Under the pieces are notes generated by a model, which was not told where the DNA came from, made no database searches, and saw only the letters and a program-made list of their open reading frames with translations. 46,344 nucleotides of DNA, from the NCBI GenBank assembly GCA_964485845.1, contig CAZAKP010000002.1, forward strand, positions 1-46,344, written 5' to 3'. The DNA is from an uncultured bacterium. GTDB lineage: Bacteria; Hydrothermota; Tepidihabitantia; Tepidihabitantales; Tepidihabitantaceae. The translations under genes were made by a program, and so were the position numbers. Positions 36,795-45,205 of the stretch are shown one piece after another. Positions within the stretch are counted from its first letter, which is position 1. Each line of letters opens with the position of its first letter.

Positions 36795-37190
36795 ATGGAG
36801 AATTTGAGCAGCCACATTCAGCGGGCAGACTGGCAGAAGGAAAAGCACGTCCCGGTAATCGAGTGCCCGGAAAAGGTCGCGGCCGACACCGAGTTCGCGG
36901 TCAAGGTGAGCCTTGGCAAACAGATCGCCCACCCCAACACAACCGAGCACCACATCCGCTGGATAGACCTTTACTTCTGCGCGGAAGGGGCGAAGAACAC
37001 GTCCCAGGTGGGCCACTTTGAGTTCACGCTGCACGGCGAGTCGGTCGAGGGTCCCAACCAGGGGCCGGCCTACTCAAGTCACGCCGTCACCGCGTACATG
37101 AAGACCAAAAAGCCGGGATGCCTGCATGCGCTGGCCTACTGCAACATCCACGGACTTTGGGAGAGTACAAAAGAGCTGAAACTGACCTAG
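36795..37190 (+). CDS. Superoxide reductase (1Fe neelaredoxin / desulfoferrodoxin centre-II type)
   Basis: The EKHVPVIE and YCNIHGLWES motifs are the SOR iron ligands. The ORF track places it within 36363..37190; the start is taken at ATG 36795. Confidence 0.75.
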   Translation: MENLSSHIQRADWQKEKHVPVIECPEKVAADTEFAVKVSLGKQIAHPNTTEHHIRWIDLYFCAEGAKNTSQVGHFEFTLHGESVEGPNQGPAYSSHAVTAYMKTKKPGCLHALAYCNIHGLWESTKELKLT

Positions 37191-37199
37191 GAGGCGCAA

Positions 37200-37550
37200 A
37201 TGCCCGAATTCCTGAACCCTTTCCCCGGCCGCGTGCCGGACCGCAAGCTTGGCAAGGAAGAGCTGGTGCGGGCGCTCCGGCTTGACCTCGCGGCCGAGCA
37301 CGAGGCGGTACATCTCTACCTCGCTCACGCCGACGCCTGTGAAGACCCGCTGGCCGAGGCAGTGCTGCGCGACATTGCCGACGAGGAGCGGAAGCACATC
37401 GGCGAATTCATGCGCCTGATACTGCTCCTGACCGGCAACGAGCAACAGCTCACCGACTCAGGCGCGCAGGAGGTGGAGCAGATGCGGTCGACACTGGCGG
37501 GTAATAAGAAAACGACGGTCGGTTCGCTGATCGAGACGAAGGAGGCGTGA
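37200..37550 (+). CDS. Encapsulin cargo: ferritin-like protein (EncFtn/Flp type) with a C-terminal targeting peptide
   Basis: The ferritin-like ExxH motifs are AAEHEAVH and DEERKHIGE. The C-terminus TVGSLIETKEA matches the encapsulin cargo-loading peptide consensus. RBS AGGAGG is present. It lies immediately upstream of the shell gene. Confidence 0.7.
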   Translation: MPEFLNPFPGRVPDRKLGKEELVRALRLDLAAEHEAVHLYLAHADACEDPLAEAVLRDIADEERKHIGEFMRLILLLTGNEQQLTDSGAQEVEQMRSTLAGNKKTTVGSLIETKEA

Positions 37551-38341
37551 TGGGCAGCGACTTCGAGAACCGGGCTCTCTCGGGCATTGGTGACAAGACG
37601 TGGGAAGTGCTGGAGCGGGCCGCGGTCGGGGCGGCCAAAAGCCAGCTCTCGGCGCGGCGGTTCATTTCGATTGAGGGGCCGTACGGCCTTGGGGTCCAGG
37701 CAGTGCCCCTGGCCGACGAACATTCGCCGGATGGCCACGCGGTCGCCCGGCTCCTCTCGCTCCACTATCTCTTTCGTACCTTCGGCATGAGCCTGCGCGA
37801 CATCGCCGTCTACGAGCGGGAGTCGCTCACGCTCGATGTCGGGCCGGCGGCGAGCGCCGCCATCGAGTGTGCCCGGGCCGAAGAGGAACTCATCTTTTCG
37901 GGCAGCAAAAAGGCCCCCGGGCTCATATCCTCCGCCGGCGTCGAACGGCACAAACTCGCCTCGTGGCAGCCTTTGGGCAAGGCGGCGGCCGACGCGGTGG
38001 AAGCGGTGAACAAGCTCGACGCCGCCGGGTTCCACGGGCCCTACGCGCTCGCGCTCGCGCCTGCCCGCCACAACCTTTTGTACCGGCTCTATCCCGACGG
38101 CAACGGCACCGAGCTCGGGCACATCGAGAAGATTGTCGGCGGCGGCGTGTTCAAGAGCCCGGCCCTGAAGACGGGCGGTGTGCTGCTTGCCACCGGCGAG
38201 CAGTTCTCGGCCATCGTCATCGGCCAGGACCTCTCCGTCGGCTACGTCGGCCGGGTCGGACCGGACGTCCAGTTGTCGGTTTCAGAGAGCATCGCTCTCT
38301 ACCTGCGCGAACCCAAGGCCGTCTGTGCTTTGGAAGATTGA
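37550..38341 (+). CDS. Family-1 encapsulin nanocompartment shell protein (Linocin M18 / HK97 fold)
   Basis: It is 263 aa. RRFISIEGPYGLG and GQDLSVGYVGR correspond to the T. maritima encapsulin motifs RKFVDVEGPYGWE and GQDLSIGYEDR. The start ATG overlaps the cargo stop (gTGATGg). Confidence 0.8.
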   Translation: MGSDFENRALSGIGDKTWEVLERAAVGAAKSQLSARRFISIEGPYGLGVQAVPLADEHSPDGHAVARLLSLHYLFRTFGMSLRDIAVYERESLTLDVGPAASAAIECARAEEELIFSGSKKAPGLISSAGVERHKLASWQPLGKAAADAVEAVNKLDAAGFHGPYALALAPARHNLLYRLYPDGNGTELGHIEKIVGGGVFKSPALKTGGVLLATGEQFSAIVIGQDLSVGYVGRVGPDVQLSVSESIALYLREPKAVCALED

Positions 38342-38446
38342 TTACGACCCTGCGTCTACCACCCAGCGTGGGGTCGTTCCCCAAAAGGGAGGGAGAGCGC
38401 CAACCGGCGCTCTTCTCTTGGCAGTTGGGCTGAAAGTGAGGTAACT

Positions 38447-38568
38447 ATGAACCCGATATTGAACCACAGAGCACACAGAGAACACCGAGGCTCGCGTGCG
38501 GAGTCCAGACTCCGGACCTTTGCCCGCTCTGTGAACTCTGTGCCCTCCGTGGTTGATCCTGTCCCCAT
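38447..38568. repeat. MITE-like palindromic repeat element, copy A
   Basis: The left arm is CCCGATATTGAACCACAGAGCACACAGAGAACAC. The right arm gctctgtgaactctgtgccctccgtggttgatcc is its imperfect reverse complement. It is followed by TGTCCCCATC. It produces the spurious NPILNHR ORF. Confidence 0.6.
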
Positions 38569-38738
38569 CCGGACACCGGTTTCGGCCGATCTGCGTTCTC
38601 ATCTGGCTCTGTGGTCGGCCGACCGTGGGCTCGGGGAGGAACGCCCGGACGCTACCGAAGGCTCGGTGCAGACCCGCGCCTTCAGTCGACTCTGGCGAGC
38701 TGCCTGGTCGGGCCCGACCTCGAATCAGCGGAGAAGAC

Positions 38739-40523
38739 GTGGCGGATGAAATCTTCACGCTGATTGCCGGCGGCAAGGCCGGCTACGGCATCCGCAAAGC
38801 CGGCACCTCGGCCGCGCGGCTCTTCGCGCGCATGGGAAGGCGAGTCTTCCAGATGGACGACTATCCGAGCCTGATCCGCGGCGGCCACAACTTCTTCTCC
38901 GTATCGACGTCCCGCAGTCAGATAACCAGCCACTACCTGAAGGCCGACCTCGTGGTCTGCCTCGACCAGCGCTCGGTCGACGCTCACCGCGACCATCTCA
39001 AGCCGGGCGGCTTCATGGTGTTCGACGACAAAGCCCGCCTGCCCGACTCGTCGCCAATCGCCAATCACGCATCGCTCCCCATCTCCACCGAGGCAAAGAA
39101 GTACCCGGACCCCGACCTGGTAACCGGCGTCGCGGTCGCGGCGGTACTTGCTTCCGCTATCGGCATGTCGCACGACGAGCTGATGCGCTTCATCGAGCAG
39201 GAGTACCCGCGCGGCACCGAGAATAACAAAGCCTATGCGAGCGCCATCTATAGCGCGGCCGAGCCCGCGCTTGCCGGCCGGTTCAAGCTGGAACGCGGCG
39301 ACAGGCAGCGGCCGATGCTCTCGGGCAACGATGCCATCGCTCTCGGCGCGGTCGCCTCCGGGCTCGACGCCTTCTTCGCCTACCCAATGACCCCGGCGTC
39401 CTCCATTCTCACGTTCCTCGCCGCCAGGGCCGGCGAACTTGGCACCGTCGTGGTCCATCCCGAGAACGAAATCGGGGTCATGAACATGGCCATCGGCGCG
39501 GCCGCGGCCGGCGCCCGGACCATGGTCGCGTCAAGCGGCGGTGGCTTCGCGCTGATGCAGGAAGCGTTCTCGCTCGCGGGCATGGCCGAGGTGCCGCTTC
39601 TCTGCGTGCTGTCCTCGCGCCCCGGGCCGTCGACCGGCCTGCCTACCTACACGTCCCAGGGCGACCTCGACTTTGCCTTAAACCAGGGGCACGGCGAGTT
39701 CCCGCGGGTCGTGGCGTCGCCGGGCAGCATCGAGGAAGCCTACCTGCTCGCGGCAGAACTCATGAGCCTGGCCTGGGAATTCCAGACGCCGGCTATACTC
39801 CTGACCGAAAAGCACCTCTCCGAAAGCCGGATGACCGTTGAACTGGACCTCGAAAAGGCTGCCTGGGCCGAGGAATTTGGGAAAACGGGGGAAATGGGGA
39901 CTGGAATGGGGGAAATAGGGACAGTCCCTGAAGGTACAGTCCCTATTTCCCCGTACCAGCGCTACCTCGACACCCCGACCGGAATCTCGCCGCTCGCCTT
40001 CCCGCCATCCAAAGAGCTCATCAAATGGAACAGCTACGAACACGACGAAGCCGGACTCACAACCGAAGACGCGGGGATGTCGGCGCGGATGGCCGACAAA
40101 CGCCGCCGCAAAGGCGAGTGCCTTGCCGCCCACATCCGGGTCCTGAATACAGTGAACGTGTATCCTGCGCCTCATTCGGGCGGGGACATGACCCAATCGT
40201 CCTCGATTGGGATCGTGTCCCAGGCCGGCGCGGATTCACCCGTCATCATCACCTATGGCTCAACCACGCTCAGCGTGCTCGAGGCCCTGCGCTACGGCGG
40301 CATCCGGGCCACCGTTGTCCAGCCGCGGTTCCTCCGGCCGCTGCCCGAGTGGGAGCTTGCCCGCTACGGGGGAAAGCACGTAACCGTGGTCGAAGAGAGT
40401 GTAACCGGCCAGTTCGCAACGCTGCTCAAAGAGAAGGCGGGCATTACCGCCGAACGGGTTATAAAACGCTACGACGGCCGCCCCTTCTCCCCGGACGACC
40501 TCGCCGAGCAACTCAGGAGTTAA
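38739..40523 (+). CDS. korA: 2-oxoacid:ferredoxin oxidoreductase alpha subunit (gamma-alpha fused, KorA-type)
   Basis: The N-terminal gamma-like domain reads IAGGKAGYGIRKAG ... LIRGGHNFFSVS. The alpha-domain motif reads SGNDAIALGAVASGLDAFFAYPMTPASSI. The start is GTG 38739 with GGAG upstream. A 75-nt palindromic insertion lies at 39878-39952. Confidence 0.8.
   Translation: MADEIFTLIAGGKAGYGIRKAGTSAARLFARMGRRVFQMDDYPSLIRGGHNFFSVSTSRSQITSHYLKADLVVCLDQRSVDAHRDHLKPGGFMVFDDKARLPDSSPIANHASLPISTEAKKYPDPDLVTGVAVAAVLASAIGMSHDELMRFIEQEYPRGTENNKAYASAIYSAAEPALAGRFKLERGDRQRPMLSGNDAIALGAVASGLDAFFAYPMTPASSILTFLAARAGELGTVVVHPENEIGVMNMAIGAAAAGARTMVASSGGGFALMQEAFSLAGMAEVPLLCVLSSRPGPSTGLPTYTSQGDLDFALNQGHGEFPRVVASPGSIEEAYLLAAELMSLAWEFQTPAILLTEKHLSESRMTVELDLEKAAWAEEFGKTGEMGTGMGEIGTVPEGTVPISPYQRYLDTPTGISPLAFPPSKELIKWNSYEHDEAGLTTEDAGMSARMADKRRRKGECLAAHIRVLNTVNVYPAPHSGGDMTQSSSIGIVSQAGADSPVIITYGSTTLSVLEALRYGGIRATVVQPRFLRPLPEWELARYGGKHVTVVEESVTGQFATLLKEKAGITAERVIKRYDGRPFSPDDLAEQLRS
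39878..39952 (+). repeat. In-frame GGGAC-family palindromic insertion inside korA (encodes GKTGEMGTGMGEIGTVPEGTVPIS)
   Basis: GGGGAAATAGGGACAGTCCCT gaaggt ACAGTCCCTATTTCCCC forms a 14-bp perfect inverted repeat. The same AAATAGGGAC / GTCCCYATTT motif occurs at 55-68, 2783-2798, 2890-2941 and 38559-38568. Confidence 0.65.
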
Positions 40524-40574
40524 GAATGGGTACCAGGATTCTCAGGTTCGGGGTTCTGCCTCGTCTTCCTGCCC

Positions 40575-40665
40575 TTCGTGCCTTTGTGTCTTTGTGGTTG
40601 AATCCGCCTCCTGCCCGCCGGGCATTTTGCATTTTGATATTTGCATTCTGCAATTTGACTTGCCC
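40575..40665. repeat. Partial copy B of the repeat element in the 170-nt korA-korB spacer
   Basis: ctttgtgtctttgtggttgaatcc is the reverse complement of GGATTCAACCACAAAGACACAAAG, matching the CACAGAG terminus. The internal motif GCATTCTGCAATTTGACTTGCC lies at 40643-40664. Confidence 0.55.
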
Positions 40666-40692
40666 TCGTTCTTGGTCAGCTCCGGAGGTCGC

Positions 40693-41535
40693 ATGACCCC
40701 GCTCTCGACTCCTGCCGAAGTTACCTGGTGCCCGGGTTGCGGAAACTTCGGCATCATGAGCGCCTTTAAGCGGGCAGTCACCCGGCTCGAATCGGAGGGA
40801 ATCGACCGCAGTCACCTCTTCATCTCCTCCGGTATCGGCTGCCACGGCAAAATTGCCGACTACCTGGCCCTGTCCGGTTTCTACTCGATTCACGGCCGGG
40901 AGATCGCCACTGTCCAGGGCGTCAAGCTCGCCAATCCCGACCTCTACGTCATCGCCTTCGGCGGCGACGGCGACGCGCTCGGCGAAGGCATCTCGCACCT
41001 GATATTCGCGGCCAAACGCAACGCCGACATGACGATGATAATTCACGACAACGGCGTCTACGCGCTAACCACCGGCCAGTATTCGCCCTTAAGCACCCGC
41101 GGCTACAAAGGACCCTCCACGCCTTCGGGCTCGGTCGAAGACCCGCTCAACCCGCTCAGCCTGATGCTCGCCGCCGGCGCCACCTTTGTGGCCCGTGGCT
41201 ACGCGGGCCGGGTCCCCGAGCTCGCCGACCTCATGTACCGCGCGGTGCGCCACCGCGGGTTCGCCTTCCTCGACGTGCTCCAGCCCAGCGTCGTCTTTAA
41301 CGACACCTACAAGAAGTACAACGCCGAGACCGAACCGGTGACCCACGACCCGAAGAACTTCGGTGAGGCCCTGGCCGCGGCGCAGAAGCTCGACAAGCTT
41401 CAGCTTGGTGTCTTCTACGAAACCGACAAGCCCGCCTTTCACCGCGAACTCCTGGGCGAACGGAACCCGGTGAAAGACCGCCTGTCCCAGGCGGAACGGC
41501 TGGAACGCATCAAGCGCGTTCTCGCCGGAGGCTAG
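40693..41535 (+). CDS. korB: 2-oxoacid:ferredoxin oxidoreductase beta subunit (TPP-binding, KorB-type)
   Basis: TWCPGCGNFGI and GGDGDALGEG (the TPP GDG motif) are present. RBS GGAGG precedes ATG 40693. Confidence 0.8.
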   Translation: MTPLSTPAEVTWCPGCGNFGIMSAFKRAVTRLESEGIDRSHLFISSGIGCHGKIADYLALSGFYSIHGREIATVQGVKLANPDLYVIAFGGDGDALGEGISHLIFAAKRNADMTMIIHDNGVYALTTGQYSPLSTRGYKGPSTPSGSVEDPLNPLSLMLAAGATFVARGYAGRVPELADLMYRAVRHRGFAFLDVLQPSVVFNDTYKKYNAETEPVTHDPKNFGEALAAAQKLDKLQLGVFYETDKPAFHRELLGERNPVKDRLSQAERLERIKRVLAGG

Positions 41536-41544
41536 TGAACTTTC

Positions 41545-41880
41545 ACCTTCACCCTACTCTCCCCCTCAAGGGAGAGGGTAGGGAAGACCCTGAATCCGAC
41601 AATGGAGCAACGAAAGCACGCACTGTCCGACAGGGGCCGCTGCGGCCAAAGACACGAAACAAATGGGTGCGGAATGCCACCTGCCCATTTCACTTCGATT
41701 TCGTGTTTTCGTGGCCATCAATCTCGGTTCCGGGGAAGAGCACACCCTTCCCTCCCCCTCGAGTGCGAGGGAACCAAAGAGCGACCTTCCCTCCTCCACA
41801 AGGCGAGGGAAAACAAGCCTCATCCCTCCCTCCCCCTTCAAGGGAGAGGGAATCGAAGGGAGGGGGTAACACGAACGAGA
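41545..41880. repeat. Cluster of four CCCTC/GAGGG stem-loops in a 340-nt intergenic region
   Basis: The stem-loops are CCCTACTCTCCC cctcaag GGAGAGGGTAGGG (41563-41585), CCCTCG agtg CGAGGG (41752-41767), TTCCCTC ctccacaaggc GAGGGAA (~41787-41811) and CCTCCCTCCCCC ttcaa GGGAGAGGGA (~41826-41850). They generate spurious LKGEG-containing ORFs on both strands. Confidence 0.55.
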
Positions 41881-41891
41881 AGGAGAGACAC

Positions 41892-42545
41892 ATGAAACAG
41901 TGGAAACTGGTCGGACTTGTGCCGGCCATACTCGCCGCCGCCGTCCTATTGGCCGGCTGCGGCGCAAAGACAACGCCGGTGGACCCGATGTCCACTCAGG
42001 CCGGTATCGGCCTGCAAATGGGTATGCGCGACCTCTGGGATGCCCACGTCACCTGGACGCGGATGTACATCGTCTCGGCCGTCGCCAAGCTGCCGGATGC
42101 GTCCACCGCCGCGGCCCGGCTGATGCAGAACCAGGAAGACATCGGTAACGCCATCAAGCCCTACTACGGCGACGACGCCGGCATGCAGCTCACCACCCTG
42201 CTCAAGAACCACATCAGCACGGCGGGCGCGGTCGTAGCAGCGGCGATGGGGAAAGACACGGCGAAGCTTGCCGCGGCCCAGGTCCAGTGGACCGCCAACG
42301 CCGACTCGCTTGCCGATTTCCTCGCCACGGCCAACCCCAACTGGCCCAAGCAGACGCTCGCGGACATGCTCCACGAACACCTGCGGCTCACCACGAACGA
42401 GGCGGTTGCGCGCATCAAAATGGACTGGGCCGGCGACGTGAAGGCTTTCGACGCGATCCACCAGCAGGCGATGATGATGGCCGATGCGCTCAGCTCCGGC
42501 ATCATCAAGCAGTTCCCGGACAAGTTCAAGCCGGCGCAGATGTAG
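41892..42545 (+). CDS. Secreted lipoprotein of the same uncharacterised ~200-aa family (paralog 2 of 3)
   Basis: The lipobox is LLAGC. Family motifs are MRDLWDAHVTWTRMYIVSAV, PYYGDD, WTANADSLADFLATANPNW and GIIKQFP. An RBS precedes ATG 41892. Confidence 0.6.
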   Translation: MKQWKLVGLVPAILAAAVLLAGCGAKTTPVDPMSTQAGIGLQMGMRDLWDAHVTWTRMYIVSAVAKLPDASTAAARLMQNQEDIGNAIKPYYGDDAGMQLTTLLKNHISTAGAVVAAAMGKDTAKLAAAQVQWTANADSLADFLATANPNWPKQTLADMLHEHLRLTTNEAVARIKMDWAGDVKAFDAIHQQAMMMADALSSGIIKQFPDKFKPAQM

Positions 42546-42598
42546 GGCCGGCGGGACCAGACTTAGGCGACCATACGAAGGGATAGGGAGGTACACTA

Positions 42599-43663
42599 AT
42601 GCAGTGGCAGAGAGTAATCAAAACAGCAACACTGGTCGGGGTCGGGCTCATATTTGCCGGGCTCGCGCTCACCGCGTGCAAGACCAAAGAGGCAGTCTCG
42701 AACTACGTTCGCTATGACCTGGTGGCCGACACGGCCGGGTTCACCGGCGCGCGGCTCGACGCCCGCCTGCTCAACGCCTGGGGAATCGCCGTCGACGCCA
42801 GCGGCAACTTCCTCGTCGGCTCGAACCACAACGGCGACGCGCTCTGGTACGACGGCACCGGTGCCGACGTCGGCACGCCAATCGCAATCCCGGCCGCCGA
42901 TACGCCCGCGCTCGGCGCGCCGGCAGGCATCGTGCGTAATACAACCTCGGACTTCAAACTGCCCGGCACCGCCGAAGCGGCCAAGATGATCTTCGTCACC
43001 GAAGACGGGCTTGTCGTCGGCTGGTCGTCCGGGCTCAACGCGGTAAAAGTCGCGGACCAGTCGGGAACGGGCGCGGTATACAAAGGCGTCACCATCGCCT
43101 CGGACAACGGTGACAACTTCATCTACGCCACCAACTTCAAAGGCCACGCGGTCGACGTATTCGACAAGAACTTCAACCGCATCACCTCCAAGCCCTTCAG
43201 CGACCCGGATATCCCGGCCAACTACTCGCCCTTCAACATCGCCTACATCAGCGGCAAACTCTACGTCACCTACGCCGTACCCATGTCGCCCGACTTCGTC
43301 GACGACTCCTCGGGAGCCGGCGTCGGGTACATCGACATCTACGAAACGAACGGGATACTCAACAAGCGCTTTGTCACCCAGGGCTATCTCAACTCGCCCT
43401 GGGGCCTTGCCCTGGCCCGGGCCGAGTTCGGCGAGTACGCCAGCGCCATCCTCGTGGGTAACTTCGGCGACGGCACCATCAACGGCTACAAAACCGACGG
43501 CACCTGGCTCGGCCAGCTCAAAGACGCAACCGGGACCGTAGTGACAATCGACGGCCTCTGGGGCATCACCTTCAAACCGGCGGCCGACCCGGACCGGCTC
43601 TACTACACGGCCGGGCCGAACCACGAAAACCACGGCCTCTTCGGCTACCTGAGAATGGAATAG
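42599..43663 (+). CDS. Secreted beta-propeller protein, TIGR03118-like (paralog 2 of 2)
   Basis: A signal peptide is present. The sequence reads LVADTAGFTG ... LLNAWGIAVD ... NFKGHAVDVFD ... LNSPWGL ... GNFGDGTINGY ... DGLWGI ... HGLFGYL. RBS GGGAGG is present. Confidence 0.6.
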   Translation: MQWQRVIKTATLVGVGLIFAGLALTACKTKEAVSNYVRYDLVADTAGFTGARLDARLLNAWGIAVDASGNFLVGSNHNGDALWYDGTGADVGTPIAIPAADTPALGAPAGIVRNTTSDFKLPGTAEAAKMIFVTEDGLVVGWSSGLNAVKVADQSGTGAVYKGVTIASDNGDNFIYATNFKGHAVDVFDKNFNRITSKPFSDPDIPANYSPFNIAYISGKLYVTYAVPMSPDFVDDSSGAGVGYIDIYETNGILNKRFVTQGYLNSPWGLALARAEFGEYASAILVGNFGDGTINGYKTDGTWLGQLKDATGTVVTIDGLWGITFKPAADPDRLYYTAGPNHENHGLFGYLRME

Positions 43664-43768
43664 CTGCCGCTGGCCTCCGCACAAAAGAGCAAAGCGCATG
43701 CGGACACGCGAACCAACATCGCAAGGGCGGGGGCTCTCCCCGCCCCTGCCTCAAAGCCGACATTGGGC

Positions 43769-44017
43769 AAACCACAGAGCCCACAGAAAGCACAGAATAG
43801 GTGAAGCCAGGGTCTGGTCTCGCCCTTCGGAGTCGCTGTGCTACAAGCGTGCGGGGTCATCGTCTTCGCGGAGGTCTTTCGCTCCGCCGCCTCTGCCCAG
43901 AGGTCGTCCGGTTCGTGCAGTTAGCGGCCTTCGGGACAATTCGACTTTTGATAGCTGCATTTTGCAGTTTGACTTGCGCGTCCGACGCGCGCTGTGAACT
44001 CGGTGGTTCAATATCGG
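43769..44017. repeat. Repeat element copy C (full length, ~250 nt) with imperfect terminal inverted repeats
   Basis: The left terminus is AACCACAGAGCCCACAGAAAGCACAG. The right terminus gctgtgaactcggtggttcaatatcgg is the reverse complement of CCGATATTGAACCACCGAGTTCACAGC. The internal motif GCATTTTGCAGTTTGACTTGCGC lies at 43956-43979. Confidence 0.6.
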
Positions 44018-44081
44018 ATTCAGGGCCCTGGGCGGCCGGCCGCAACCCGGACGAAGAAAGAAATCGGGAGAGGAGAAGAAC

Positions 44082-44738
44082 ATGAAACACACGAAACCCG
44101 CCGGCCTGGCGCTTGCCGTGCTGCTCGGCCTGGCCCTCCTGGCCAATTGCGACGTTAACCAATTGCCCGACCCGGCCTACACCCCCACCGGGGTGGACCT
44201 CCGGCTTGCCATGCGTGAACTATGGAGCGGAGACGCCACCTGGACTCAAATCTACGTCGCCGACGCCTACGGCGGGGAGCCGGACGCGGCCGGCGTCGTA
44301 TTGAACCGGCTGATGCGGAACATGGACCAAATCGCCGACCGATTCAAAACCTACTACGGCGACGACACCGCCGAACGGCTTGGCACGCTGCTGCGCAACC
44401 GGGTCAGCGAAATGTCCGGGCTCGTCGCCGCCGCGCCGCTCGACGACAGCACCCAGTCGGCGCTCGCGCTCGACCAATGGAACGCCAACAGCGACTCGCT
44501 CGCCGGGTTCCTCGCCGGCGTCAACCCCCACTGGAAAAAAGAGACGCTCGTGGAGCTCTTCAACAAACAGGTGGACCTCACCGGCGACGAAGTTATCGCC
44601 CGCCGGGACAAGAAATTCGAGGCCGACATCCGGGGCGGCGACGAAATGCACCTCCAGGTCCTCAGGATAGCCGACGAACTCAGCCGCGGCATCATCCAGC
44701 AGTTCCCGACCAACTTCCAGTACGTGAAACCCCACTAG
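44082..44738 (+). CDS. Secreted lipoprotein of the same uncharacterised family (paralog 3 of 3)
   Basis: The lipobox is LLANC. Family motifs are MRELWSGDATWTQIYVADA, TYYGDD, WNANSDSLAGFLAGVNPHW and GIIQQFP. Confidence 0.6.
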   Translation: MKHTKPAGLALAVLLGLALLANCDVNQLPDPAYTPTGVDLRLAMRELWSGDATWTQIYVADAYGGEPDAAGVVLNRLMRNMDQIADRFKTYYGDDTAERLGTLLRNRVSEMSGLVAAAPLDDSTQSALALDQWNANSDSLAGFLAGVNPHWKKETLVELFNKQVDLTGDEVIARRDKKFEADIRGGDEMHLQVLRIADELSRGIIQQFPTNFQYVKPH

Positions 44739-44823
44739 CCGCCACCTCGCGGGTCTTTGGGGCGGGCTCTCGCCCGCCCCGCCGCTATTCCCCCGACAAC
44801 ATCTCCGCGGCACGCGACGACGT

Positions 44824-45204
44824 TTATCCGGTGACAAGCCGGCAGGCACGAGCCGCCGGCTTTCCTTCCCGTCCCTTGCGGTTCACTGTCACTGCCTGCA
44901 TGGCGAGCACGAGCCAGCCGATGGACTGCAACAACTGCCCTGCGCTGTAGTGGAGCAGCAAAAGGCCGACGAGCACACAGATGACGAGCGACGTGCCCCA
45001 CGATGCCACGAACTTGAGCCACCCCGGCAGCTTGCCCAGGATGGCGCCGTAGAACCACGGGAGCAACGCTCCGAGCACGGCCCACAACACGGGCGGGAAG
45101 CCGCCCGGCGGGTCACTCAGCCTGGTGGAGTCCGTGGCCGCAAGGGTCACGGTTACACAGGCGAGGGCGACGAACAGGACGAGAGCCGCGAGTCTTTTCG
45201 ACAC
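44824..45204 (-). CDS. Small integral membrane protein (3-4 TM), hypothetical
   Basis: RBS GGAGG lies 6 nt upstream of GTG 45204 (VSKRLAALVLFVALA). The ORF track extends to 45273. Confidence 0.4.
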   Translation of the reverse strand: MSKRLAALVLFVALACVTVTLAATDSTRLSDPPGGFPPVLWAVLGALLPWFYGAILGKLPGWLKFVASWGTSLVICVLVGLLLLHYSAGQLLQSIGWLVLAMQAVTVNRKGREGKPAARACRLVTG

Positions 45205-45205
45205 G

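Noticed and set aside
38447-38749. ORFs 38447..38749(+) and 43841..44146(-) sharing an NPILNHR peptide
   Set aside because: The shared peptide arises from translation through the palindromic repeat element, not from homologous genes. No RBS or domain is present.
40615-40665. Possible sigma54 (-24/-12) promoter in the korA-korB spacer (GGGCATTTTGCA, TGCAATTTGACTTGC)
   Set aside because: The GG to GC spacing does not fit the TGGCAC-N5-TTGCA consensus. The sequence is better explained as the internal motif of the repeat element.
41566-41995. ORFs encoding LKGEG and PLKGEGR repeats (41663..41869+, 41566..41973-, 41690..41995-)
   Set aside because: They are translations of the CCCTC/GAGGG hairpin cluster on both strands and are mutually exclusive. 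They are low-complexity.
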